Below the pieces are notes generated by a model, which was not told where the DNA came from, did no database searches, and saw only the letters and a program-made list of their open reading frames with translations. A stretch of 64,000 bases of DNA, from the IMG/VR virus record IMGVR_UViG_3300045988_070370, positions 1 through 64,000 of that record, one strand, 5' to 3'. Below, in pieces: positions 17,443 through 26,600 of this stretch. The translations under genes and the position numbers were made by a program. Each line of letters begins with the position of its first letter. The first letter of the stretch is position 1. The stretch is from a virus.

Positions 17443-18873
17443 ATGAGTATAGTAAATGGAATTATAACTGCTCCAGTTAGTATTGAGGATGTAAAGAAAA
17501 TCCTTAATGAGAGTAGTAATGATATTGCTACTCTATGTAAGAACCACAATATAAATATGTGGTCTAAGTATAAGCCAGTAAACCTTAGAAAGAAGTTTGT
17601 GACTGATACTTTAAATTCTGATGGTAGAAGTTGGACTGCACCTAGTGGAAAATTAGGTTGGTGGTTAGGAAATAATACTGTTAATGATGCAGCTTTGGTT
17701 ATTCCTTTAGTGTCTAGAAAATCAGACTTTGATAGCGATAAAGCAAAATGGATATACAACAGACCTTATGGAGGTAATGAATCTCCTTATCGTCTTTCTG
17801 ATTTTGCAGGCTATTATGATGACGCTCAACCACCAATTTATCCAGCATATCCAAATACTAATGAGTTTTTCATATCAGAGACTGCAACATTTAGTATATA
17901 TGCTACTAATACAAGCGATATAGACTATCCTAATCAATGTGTATCATTAAAAGATATATTCCAAATACTTACGCAAATTACAGATGGTGAAGTATATCCT
18001 GCTATTTATCTATATAATGTAACAAAGAAGAGAGGTAGTTATTATTCTAAACCTGACCCTATCGATACAGGTCTTGATGATGAAGGTTATCAATTTTCTG
18101 TCAAGTTTAGCTCTGGTGCTCCTATATCAGAGGGAGGTTGTGGTTTTAGTTGTAATGTTGGTGATGTTATAAGAGTTTATCTTCTTCTATGCACAACTGG
18201 AGGTGTAGAAGATAACTATTTCTTCAATAGTTTTTCGTTGCAACACAGTGTTTATGTAGGATATAAGGAATACACTTTGAAGTCTGACAAAGATAAACCT
18301 TATGATTATGATACAGCAACAATTAATATAAGAGATAAAACTACTAATCAAAGAAATGATTATGCAGGTAAATATGTGCTTAATGGCGATGGAAATCCTA
18401 TGTTGCTTGCTGGTATTCTAGAAGTGTCGGGCAATTTCAACTACACATTCTCTTCCTCTCATCCACCAAAGGGAATGACATATACAATTCTTGCTCAATA
18501 TCAGGATGCTAATGGTGATGTTTCTACTTGTGCTTCTGAAAGCAAATATGTTCGTGCAGCAAGTACTTTGACTGGTTATGATTTTAGTAACTTAGGTGTT
18601 ACAGTATATCAAACTTTAAAAGATGCAGAGAATCAAGAAGGAGGTGTTAGAGTTGAAGGTATTCCACTTATAGAAAAAGAGGCTGGTAGTAGTTCTTCTA
18701 TTGTTGCAACAGATATTAACTTGCATGTATATTTCGACCCTTATGAAGGAGATACACTTATTACTGCATATAATGTATCATATATTGGAAATCCTTTATA
18801 TTCTTATGGTGATTTTACAAAAGCAAAGCCTGTTGAATTTAAACTTATAAATAGTTCTGATAAGATAGAATAA
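17443..18873 (+). CDS. putative receptor-binding / tail spike-like protein (476 aa)
   Basis: Large beta-rich ORF at the distal end of the fibre module, in an AT-rich region. No motif recognised. Confidence 0.5.
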   Translation: MSIVNGIITAPVSIEDVKKILNESSNDIATLCKNHNINMWSKYKPVNLRKKFVTDTLNSDGRSWTAPSGKLGWWLGNNTVNDAALVIPLVSRKSDFDSDKAKWIYNRPYGGNESPYRLSDFAGYYDDAQPPIYPAYPNTNEFFISETATFSIYATNTSDIDYPNQCVSLKDIFQILTQITDGEVYPAIYLYNVTKKRGSYYSKPDPIDTGLDDEGYQFSVKFSSGAPISEGGCGFSCNVGDVIRVYLLLCTTGGVEDNYFFNSFSLQHSVYVGYKEYTLKSDKDKPYDYDTATINIRDKTTNQRNDYAGKYVLNGDGNPMLLAGILEVSGNFNYTFSSSHPPKGMTYTILAQYQDANGDVSTCASESKYVRAASTLTGYDFSNLGVTVYQTLKDAENQEGGVRVEGIPLIEKEAGSSSSIVATDINLHVYFDPYEGDTLITAYNVSYIGNPLYSYGDFTKAKPVEFKLINSSDKIE

Positions 18874-18911
18874 AATATTGAAATAACAATAACAATTTAA
18901 ATATTATAATT

Positions 18912-19181
18912 ATGAAGAAGATTAATTTCGCTGCGTTGCAGATTGCAACAAACATCAAGAAGGACGAGTATATAACCAAAGACATCCGAGAGGAGTTGGC
19001 AAATGCCATGTACCAGAACGCCAGAGGCATCGGCTATATGGCATTGGCTATGAAGATATACAAGTCGGATGGTGAGGTTGAGCTTGACGATAAGGAGTTC
19101 AAGCTGTTGAAGGACTTCGGACAGGGATTCCCTCTCTTCTACCAAGATGCACTTGGACTGCTCGAAGAGGAGAAAAAGTAA
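18912..19181 (+). CDS. hypothetical protein (89 aa)
   Basis: Last ORF of the plus-strand block. Confidence 0.45.
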   Translation: MKKINFAALQIATNIKKDEYITKDIREELANAMYQNARGIGYMALAMKIYKSDGEVELDDKEFKLLKDFGQGFPLFYQDALGLLEEEKK

Positions 19182-19393
19182 CGAGTATTATAAATAACAA
19201 GGTGTAAGATATGATTTACAAGATAGTACAAGGTAACAGCTTCAAGCTTCACATCTTGGTTCGCAAGCCAGATATATAAGTTAGAAAGGTTTGAATTGGA
19301 GGATATTATCAGATACTCTTTTGTGATAATATTAGGCTCTATTATTTGTATTTTATTATGGCAATAATAAATAGCAAATAGCTTTACAGATAA

Positions 19394-19425
19394 AAAGATA
19401 GGTAGATTAAATTTTACCTATCTTT
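19394..19425. terminator. bidirectional hairpin terminator
   Basis: AAAGATAGGTA-(10 nt)-TACCTATCTTT forms an 11-bp perfect stem followed by TTT. It lies between convergent blocks (stop 19181 + and stop 19427 -). Confidence 0.65.
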
Positions 19426-19426
19426 T

Positions 19427-19810
19427 TTATTGTTGCACTACCTGAAAAAGCTGCTCGCACAAACTACCCATCATATAGCATGGTTCTTCGCTCAGCATAT
19501 CTATTCCGTCCCGATCACAGATATGCGCTACCACATGAAGAAGCTCATGACCGATAGTATTGATGATGCCGCCATCAGATTCACACTCCCCAATGGCAAG
19601 AACACTTCTTCTTTCCGATAGGTTGGAATAGGTAAGACCTCTGTCTGCACTCTCCTTGGTTAGATGTTCGTAGGCCTCTGATAGCGGAGTTCCGTTGCAG
19701 CCTATATCAGAAAGAGCATGGCATATCTTATCGGCATCAGGTGGCTGATAACCTATGAAACATACTATGCTCCATTCGTACTTCGGAAGGTATATTTCTC
19801 TTCTCATCAT
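19427..19810 (-). CDS. small HExxH zinc-metallopeptidase-like protein
   Basis: Contains the GHELLHVVAH motif. The start ATGATGA overlaps the stop of the upstream gene, which suggests translational coupling. Confidence 0.5.
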   Translation of the reverse strand: MMRREIYLPKYEWSIVCFIGYQPPDADKICHALSDIGCNGTPLSEAYEHLTKESADRGLTYSNLSERRSVLAIGECESDGGIINTIGHELLHVVAHICDRDGIDMLSEEPCYMMGSLCEQLFQVVQQ

Positions 19811-20235
19811 AACACATCTTCCCAAGGGATAGGCACACCATTATGGCAGCAGTCGGCATAGAATCGGTTGAAGATAAAACCATCCTTCTGGTCGGCATCA
19901 TCCACCATATCCTTGATGAACTGGGCTAACTGCTCCTCATCCTTTATGGAAGACTTGTAGAAGTCAGCCCTCGCCATATTCGCCACATATACATGGTCGT
20001 AGCCTATCTTATTCTTCACCTCAATTCCCTGACCAAGCAGAAGGGAATCCACCTTCTCCTTATCCCAAAACGAGATACTTACATCACGCTTGGAGGAAGG
20101 GTCATACTTGTACATCAGGCTTACCGCCCACTCACACATCTTCTTGCTGAAATGATAGCCATTGTATCTGAGATAGGCAACCATTGCCTCAGGTTTGAGG
20201 TCATACATATCCAATGACATTCTGCATTTTCCCAT
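19807..20235 (-). CDS. hypothetical protein, paralog of 4789..5274
   Basis: The 142-aa ORF has an ambiguous start (M1, M6 or M10). By-eye alignment with the 4789..5274 product: FWDKEKVDSLL with FFTDEEIKEVF, and ANMARADFY with TMNLLRSDH. Confidence 0.55.
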   Translation of the reverse strand: MGKCRMSLDMYDLKPEAMVAYLRYNGYHFSKKMCEWAVSLMYKYDPSSKRDVSISFWDKEKVDSLLLGQGIEVKNKIGYDHVYVANMARADFYKSSIKDEEQLAQFIKDMVDDADQKDGFIFNRFYADCCHNGVPIPWEDVL

Positions 20236-20302
20236 ATTGCTGAATATTAAAGGGAGTCTGGTCCCGACATAAATGTCACTACCAAAACTCCCAAGTTAAA
20301 CA

Positions 20303-20584
20303 TTAGCGACCGCCACCATTGTAGCCGCCACCACCTCTTTCACCATAGCGGTTCGGGTAGTTCCAATCATCGTTGACGTTGTTGAATCTGCGTCTGTTCT
20401 CACGCTCTTCACGCTCCTCACGTTCTCTTCTCCAATCGTCACGATAATCAGGCATACGTTCACCCATACGCTCCTGCTTCATCTTTTTCAGACAAGACAT
20501 AGCCTTGCTGCCAAAACCAAGCATAGACTCGATGTTGTCATACAAATCATCGAACTTATCTTCTGTAATCTCAATCATTACCAT
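20303..20584 (-). CDS. hypothetical protein with Arg/Glu-rich and Gly-rich tail (93 aa)
   Basis: ORF with low-complexity tracts RREREEREERENRRR and RGGGGYNGGGR. Confidence 0.45.
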   Translation of the reverse strand: MVMIEITEDKFDDLYDNIESMLGFGSKAMSCLKKMKQERMGERMPDYRDDWRREREEREERENRRRFNNVNDDWNYPNRYGERGGGGYNGGGR

Positions 20585-20618
20585 AGCTATAAATTAAAGT
20601 GAATAGATAGGTAGGAGA

Positions 20619-21119
20619 TTACTTGCTCATGGTCTGCTGGAGCCATCCCATCATCTTGTCAATCTTGCCCTCAATGCCTGAAACCTTACCTTCCAGTTTG
20701 TTGATTTTCTCGGTCTGTTCCTTCTCCTTGGCTATCTGGGGGTTGAGTTGCTGTAGCATTCCCTCACAAGATTCTACTACCCTCTTGTTGTAATCTACGC
20801 TCTCCAGTATCGCCTTGGATTGTCTCAGCATGGCATCCACCTCGGCACTCATGGCATCCTTATTGTCGCTAACCACAAGGTTCTTGTCGTTGGCTATCTG
20901 TCCGTTTGCTGGAAGTTGCTTGAAATCCACTTCCTCGTCACCCAGCTTCACCTTCACATCAACCACAGTCTCCATAGGCTGAGGTGTGAAGCCGTTATTA
21001 AAGGTAGGGTATTTCGTCTGAGGATTGCTTACCGAAACCACCTGACCGATTCGCAAATTCGGGTTTTCGCCCTTGTCGAGAACATAAAATAAGGAATTAG
21101 TTCTTAAACCTTGAAACAT
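20619..21119 (-). CDS. hypothetical protein with C-terminal coiled coil (166 aa)
   Basis: ORF whose C-terminal third shows a heptad-like pattern (KINKLEGKVSGIEGKIDKMM). Confidence 0.5.
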   Translation of the reverse strand: MFQGLRTNSLFYVLDKGENPNLRIGQVVSVSNPQTKYPTFNNGFTPQPMETVVDVKVKLGDEEVDFKQLPANGQIANDKNLVVSDNKDAMSAEVDAMLRQSKAILESVDYNKRVVESCEGMLQQLNPQIAKEKEQTEKINKLEGKVSGIEGKIDKMMGWLQQTMSK

Positions 21120-21145
21120 AATGTAATCTCCTATATCTATTCTTG

Positions 21146-21490
21146 TTAAACAATACCCGTCATAAGTTGAAGGGTGTTAGTGTCTCTCTCAAACCAGAGT
21201 TGAACTACTCCAGTACCAGGCACATCTGCAACCGTCAATGGTGCGCCATTGAACTTGCTCACAGCTTGTGTCGCTCCGTTGGTCTCGAAAAGGATAGGCA
21301 GCGTACCAGTCGTTCCAGTCGGAATAGCCTGACGTAGATTCACGAAAATCGTTCCTCTATAGTTGGCATTCACGAAAGCGTGATTCTTGAAGGTGAACAC
21401 CACATTGGCAGTATTCACCGTCACACCAGTAGAAGCGATAGCCGCTGAGCCGTTACGATTCACCCAGGTAAATGGTCTTAACCAAAGCAT
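21146..21490 (-). CDS. hypothetical beta-rich (virion?) protein (114 aa)
   Basis: ORF with T/V/N-rich beta-strand-like composition. Confidence 0.5.
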   Translation of the reverse strand: MLWLRPFTWVNRNGSAAIASTGVTVNTANVVFTFKNHAFVNANYRGTIFVNLRQAIPTGTTGTLPILFETNGATQAVSKFNGAPLTVADVPGTGVVQLWFERDTNTLQLMTGIV

Positions 21491-21508
21491 AGCAGCCTCC
21501 TTTCCTTA

Positions 21509-22447
21509 TTAACCCCAGAATCCTGCATTGTTAGCAGCATTCAAACCATACTGATAAGCCACGCAGTTAGGAACCGCAGTAAATGGACTGTAAGGAGTAG
21601 TCACGGTCTCAGGCAACTTACACTTGATACCAGCCACCTCGTTCTGCAATCCAGCCAATACCGCATTGATAGGAGCCACCGCCTGACCAACAATCTGAGA
21701 GGTCATAGCAGAAGACTTGAAGGTGCTGTTCTCCTCACGGAGTGCATCAATCTTGTTCTGCATTTCCCTGAACTCAGCTTGCTTCTGACCATCAACGATA
21801 GTCTGAGTACTTTCCTTGATAGCATTGTGCAAGTCGCAAGTCTGTCGCTGAGTCTCGTAAGCCACGTTAGAGAAGCCACGTTCCTGACCAGTAGCTACGT
21901 TGTTGATTGCATTCTGCAAGGTTCCAGTCTGCTGGCAGATAGCCAAGCGGTTCTCGCAGCAGCAGTTTGCAATCTGCTGAGCAATCTGCATATTACCCTG
22001 CTGCAAGGCATTGATGGTCTGCATACCACTCATGCCTACCTGATTACCTACACTCTGAACCTGAGAGGTCAGGGCAGAAATTGCATTCTGAATCTGACCT
22101 TCTGTACAGTTCAACTGGGTAGCCAAGTTGCTGAGAGCATTGCGGTTGCCACCGATGGCATCCATCAGGAGACCACGACCATAGTCATTGTTAATCTCGT
22201 TTGCGAGACCACCACGACCATTATTACCGAAACCTCCCCAGCCGTTTCCACCCCAGCCCATGAGGAAGAAAAGGAAGATTACCCACATAAACCATCCACC
22301 TTCACCACCGAAACCATTGTTACCCTTCATGGCAAGGAGGACATTTGGGTCAACACCCTGCTTCTGGAGCAGAGGCGCAAGAAGACCAAGCATCCCATTG
22401 TTAGATGTGGAGCCTTCATTTCCGAATACATACGTTTTACTTTCCAT
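21509..22447 (-). CDS. membrane-anchored Gly/Trp-rich, Gln/Asn-rich protein with Cys cluster (312 aa)
   Basis: Features seen: TM helix WFMWVIFLFFLMGW, flanking GGEGG and GGNGWGGFGNNGRGG tracts, a long Q/N-rich helical region and an ANCCCENRLAIC cluster. Confidence 0.55.
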   Translation of the reverse strand: MESKTYVFGNEGSTSNNGMLGLLAPLLQKQGVDPNVLLAMKGNNGFGGEGGWFMWVIFLFFLMGWGGNGWGGFGNNGRGGLANEINNDYGRGLLMDAIGGNRNALSNLATQLNCTEGQIQNAISALTSQVQSVGNQVGMSGMQTINALQQGNMQIAQQIANCCCENRLAICQQTGTLQNAINNVATGQERGFSNVAYETQRQTCDLHNAIKESTQTIVDGQKQAEFREMQNKIDALREENSTFKSSAMTSQIVGQAVAPINAVLAGLQNEVAGIKCKLPETVTTPYSPFTAVPNCVAYQYGLNAANNAGFWG

Positions 22448-22505
22448 ATTATCCTGAATCTTTTGTTAAACATTAATTGATTAATACTCTGTAACGTTAC
22501 GGACA

Positions 22506-22513
22506 CAAAGATA
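22506..22513 (-). promoter_or_regulatory. -7 promoter box (TATCTTTG on minus strand)
   Basis: Plus-strand CAAAGATA, 59 nt upstream of the start at 22447. A perfect 10-bp palindrome GTAACGTTAC lies adjacent at 22491-22500. Confidence 0.45.
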
Positions 22514-22654
22514 CGAATAATATGGATAGGTATTGATAAACTCGTAAAAGGTTGTTTAAGTGTTTGAATAGCAGCGATTTGTGATTACGGAAAAGGTCAT
22601 AAGAGTATAGGAGAGGCTATTTAGTTTCTCCTATATGTATCAGTTTAGCTATTC

Positions 22655-23032
22655 CTAAATATTTATGCTATACTTCTTTGCTTGCTTACGGAAGAAAGCC
22701 TTCTTATTAGCAAAGAATCGGATAAGGGATTTATTCCACTTTTTCTCATGTCCGAACTGGTCATGGATGCCTTCTGGTATCTTGCCATCGTGAACATACT
22801 TCTCGAATGACGAGATAGACTTACCCATTTCGTGGGCGCACCAACCCTTATTGGCTTGCGTATCATTCATCATGGCGGTAAGGAGTGCTACCAGTTCCAA
22901 GTCCCCTTCTGACAGACCACAAGGTATTGGTTTGCCTTCTTCTTGCGCTACTGCTGATTCATGCGCTTTATCAGCAAGAACACGAAGTCCTGCCTCTATG
23001 ATTCTGTAATTTACTAATTGCGACATAAGCAT
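22655..23032 (-). CDS. HTH DNA-binding protein (125 aa)
   Basis: The segment GWCAHEMGKSISSFEKYVHDGKIP looks like a helix-turn-helix. Basic C-terminus. Confidence 0.5.
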   Translation of the reverse strand: MLMSQLVNYRIIEAGLRVLADKAHESAVAQEEGKPIPCGLSEGDLELVALLTAMMNDTQANKGWCAHEMGKSISSFEKYVHDGKIPEGIHDQFGHEKKWNKSLIRFFANKKAFFRKQAKKYSINI

Positions 23033-23450
23033 ATAAAATTAGAATGAGTGTAATCAGGAACATATCACAATAATACATATCGTTTGTGACAACAATAGAA
23101 CCGAACATGATGTGTATCACATTGACTCCTGCAATATACAAGATAGGTATTCGCCATTCTACACACAATCTGTGTAACACCTGCCCTTTCCAAAGGGAAA
23201 TAGGGTAAAGGATATAAGTGATGAAATAGAAGAACCAGACGGGTTCTTCGTTCTCTTCATACCAAAGGGTAATCTCCATATTGTTGTCATAGAATTGAGA
23301 TATACCATACCATCTGATAAGCATGACCAAGATTGGTGCATACTTAAAGTAAAGTAAATCTGTTTTTATTTTACTGCGTTCAGGGAGAAGTTTAGTTATC
23401 TCTCCTATCAATTTCCTGACCCGTTGGTCTTCATCATCATCTTGTTTCAT
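22971..23450 (-). CDS. multi-pass membrane protein (159 aa)
   Basis: At least four hydrophobic helices. Overlaps the downstream gene by about 60 nt. Confidence 0.5.
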   Translation of the reverse strand: MKQDDDEDQRVRKLIGEITKLLPERSKIKTDLLYFKYAPILVMLIRWYGISQFYDNNMEITLWYEENEEPVWFFYFITYILYPISLWKGQVLHRLCVEWRIPILYIAGVNVIHIMFGSIVVTNDMYYCDMFLITLILILYAYVAISKLQNHRGRTSCSC

Positions 23451-23524
23451 AAGCCTTCATTTTTTAGTTTATTTTCGATTAAGAATTTTAAAATTATAGA
23501 ATTTATGAACATTCTTAGATTTGG

Positions 23525-23532
23525 CAAATCTA
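23525..23532 (-). promoter_or_regulatory. possible -7 promoter box (TAGATTTG on minus strand)
   Basis: Plus-strand CAAATCTA in the AT-rich intergenic region, 75 nt upstream of the start at 23450. Confidence 0.3.
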
Positions 23533-23655
23533 ATAAAAATAAATGGAATATATTGATTTATATAAAACTTTAAATATTAAACTTTGCAAATACTAACAGA
23601 TTGAAAGTTTTATCCAAATTAAAGAAACAAAAAGTTTCAGAATGAAAGTAAATAT

Positions 23656-23682
23656 CCCCCGAAAGCCTTATGCTTTCAGGGG
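23656..23682 (-). terminator. hairpin terminator after the giant gene
   Basis: CCCCCGAAAGC-CTTAT-GCTTTCAGGGG (one bulge) lies 10 nt beyond the stop at 23693. A T-rich run follows on the minus strand. Confidence 0.55.
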
Positions 23683-23692
23683 ATAGCCATAT

Positions 23693-26600
23693 TTATTTTT
23701 TCTTAGCATTCGCTTTCTGGTTAGCCACAACTACCTTGTTAGCCTTCTCCAGCACGGAAATAATCTTCTTTCTCAGTTCACGAATCTGTTTCATGTCCTC
23801 AGCGTTGTAGGCATCCTTGCCATCATCCAGAAAACCTTTCTTCAACTCGGAAATCTCCTGCTTATCAAGGGAAATCTCATCAATGGCATCAATGGCAGCC
23901 TTGTTGGTGTTGTAGTAGCCATCACTCTGACTAGGAGCCGTATCAACCAAGAGGTCATAGGAAGTCTTGAATCCGTTCAGTTTGGTGTAGAGTTGTTTCA
24001 GCTTCAAGTCCTCGAAATCATCCTTTGGGGTAGCATGAGCCTTGTATATATCCTCGGCATTCAACTTGTGAGGTCTATACTCCTCCCCACTCTCCTCAGC
24101 ACGTTCCTTCTTCTTGTCTTCCTCATACTTCTTCACCTTCACATCATCCTGCTTATACTGCTTATACTCCTCTGAGCCGTAGAACCGCTCCAGCATAGAG
24201 TAATCTCCATCCACCTTAGCTTGTTTCTTCAACTTGCTCAGGGTATTGGCTGCACGGTCGTGGTTCTCCTTCATATCCCAGAACTCATCACCTTGTTTCT
24301 TTGTAACCGGTCTATCATCAGGATTGCTGACGAACTTGCTGAATAATGGAATATCAGCCACCTTGATTTCCTTCGGGTCGTTGAGTGACTTGGTAAGAAC
24401 ACCGAGCACCTGACTGCCCATGGTGTAAGCACCACCGAGATAAGAAGACAATACATGGTCAACCACAGCAGGGTTATTCAGATTGTATCTTGGGTCACCG
24501 AAAGCATCTATGCTATTCTGCTGCACATCAGGATAGTCGTTTCCGATTGAGTTAACCATCTTGGACGCACGAACCAACCAATCAGGAGTGCCCACGTATG
24601 CCTTGGTAAAGTTAGGATCATACTTGTTGTACTCTGTGTCCTTGAATAATGGCTTGCCAGTGAAGTCAACATTGAAAGCCAACTCAAAGACTGGACGAAT
24701 AGCATTCGGCATCAGACTGACCGCAATATTGCCATCATATCCAGTAGGGTCGAGCGGAAGCATATCCACCACCTGACCGAGCAAGTCTTCACCATACTGA
24801 CTCCAACTCTCCTCAGCCAACTCGCCACCCATCATCTTGGATGCAATCATATCACCCAAGCCATAGAAAGCACGGAACTCCTGAGCAAGAGGAATCTTCA
24901 CAAACTCATGAGTAAACGGAACCCACATAATCAGGTTGTTTCGTCTATCCCACTTGGTGAACTGCCAGTACTTATCCTTATCATCATCACCACCCAACAT
25001 ACTCATCAAGGCAGCATTAACGATAGGAACCAGTACACCACTCGCCAACCATGATGCAGTAACAGCCGTAAACTTGAAAGGATGATGCTTGACAAGCGCA
25101 CCCAAGGTCTGCAAACTCTGTACCGCTGGATTGATGAAGAGATAGAGGTTTCTAATCATCTGCCAGCCATATTCGCCAGTACCCTTGCGGTTGAAGTTCA
25201 GGGTCACGTCCTTGGCATCATTCACCGCCTCATCAATGGAACGTCCATACTGAATAGAGGTCATGTAAACCGCAAATCGGTTACTATCCTCGATTGCTCT
25301 ATTCAGGAACTCGATACCATCCATGATGGTGTGCCCTACCTTTACTGGGTTCGCCTTCCATCTATCCAAATCCTTCAAGTCGTTCTTGAATTTCTTCTTC
25401 AAGTCTTCCACGTCAAGCGAAGAGACAAAGCCAGTCTCGCCACCATTCATCATAAAGTCATAGAACATCTGTTCCTTTGGAGTAGCGTTTCCGTTGTTTA
25501 CCTTCTCTCTCAACTTGCCGTTCTGATAGTCTCTCAGCATGAAACCGAGATTCCAAGAGGTAGCCAGATTCTTTCTTAGCATATAGTTGTATCTTCCATC
25601 CTCACGAATAGCGGTAGATGCAAGGGTCATGGTCAGGTCTCGGAAGTAGTTGGAAGGGATGAAGAGAGGTGAAAGACTGGTATAGGCAGCAGCCATCTTT
25701 CTGCCCAACCAAGCAGCAGCCCTATCAAGTTTGCCGCTCTGAATCTCTCTTACTCGGTGTGCTCTAGTATTGTTCATCGCCTGAGCCAACTGAGGGTCAC
25801 CATTCACATAGATAACGTACTCCTCGCCATCCTTCATCACTCTTACCTCATGTTCTCTCTCCTCGCTGTGAGTCTGAGGATAGGCTATGTTCAATCCGTC
25901 TCTCTTCTGAGTAGCATCGCCAGTCTGAGCCATCTGCTCCATCTTCTTCTCGAAAGCATCAATGGCAGTCTTCACCTGATTACTATTCATCTGAGAAGTA
26001 ATCTGAGGTGTAGCAGGAATCCACTCTTCGTTTCCGTTGGCATCCGTACTCTTCACGTACCAAGCCTTGCTCAGGGTCAGCAGGGAAGTTGGATGATTCT
26101 GAGCCAAGAGCATCAGGTGTTGCTTCACCCAGTTCTTGTTGTTCAGCAGGATTCCACTCTCTGCCATATTCTCGATGTAGGCGATAGGGTCGTCAGCGAT
26201 AGAGGTTCGTCCGTGTGCCGTTTTCAAGGTTTGATTGAACGCACCCTTGCCACCACCAATATAGTCCCATACTTGGTCGGCAGTAGTGCCATCCCAGCCA
26301 CGGAGAGGAATATAATGGCTATACATATCTCGCACATACTGATAAGTATCTTTGCTCATCATGCCAGCCTTATAGCCATCACGGAGAATCTTCTTGGTAG
26401 CCGCATTCGTTGCGTCCCAGAGGTTGTGAGTCTCGGTTATATACTTACTCTCAATATCCTTTATCAGTTTGTGGGCAGCTTCCTCGAAGTCTGAGCCATC
26501 AAATAGAGCAGACAAGCCTGAGTAATCGTAGGCGATACCCATCTTATCATAACGATAGTTCATATAGGATGGAGAGTATTTCACTCTGAGTGCATTATCT

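Noticed and set aside
19211-19279. A 22-codon ORF (MIYKIVQGNSFKLHILVRKPDI*) after the fibre block, possibly a truncated gene remnant.
   Set aside because: It is too short to evaluate, and no downstream continuation appears in any frame. It is noted only as a place where a gene may have been lost.
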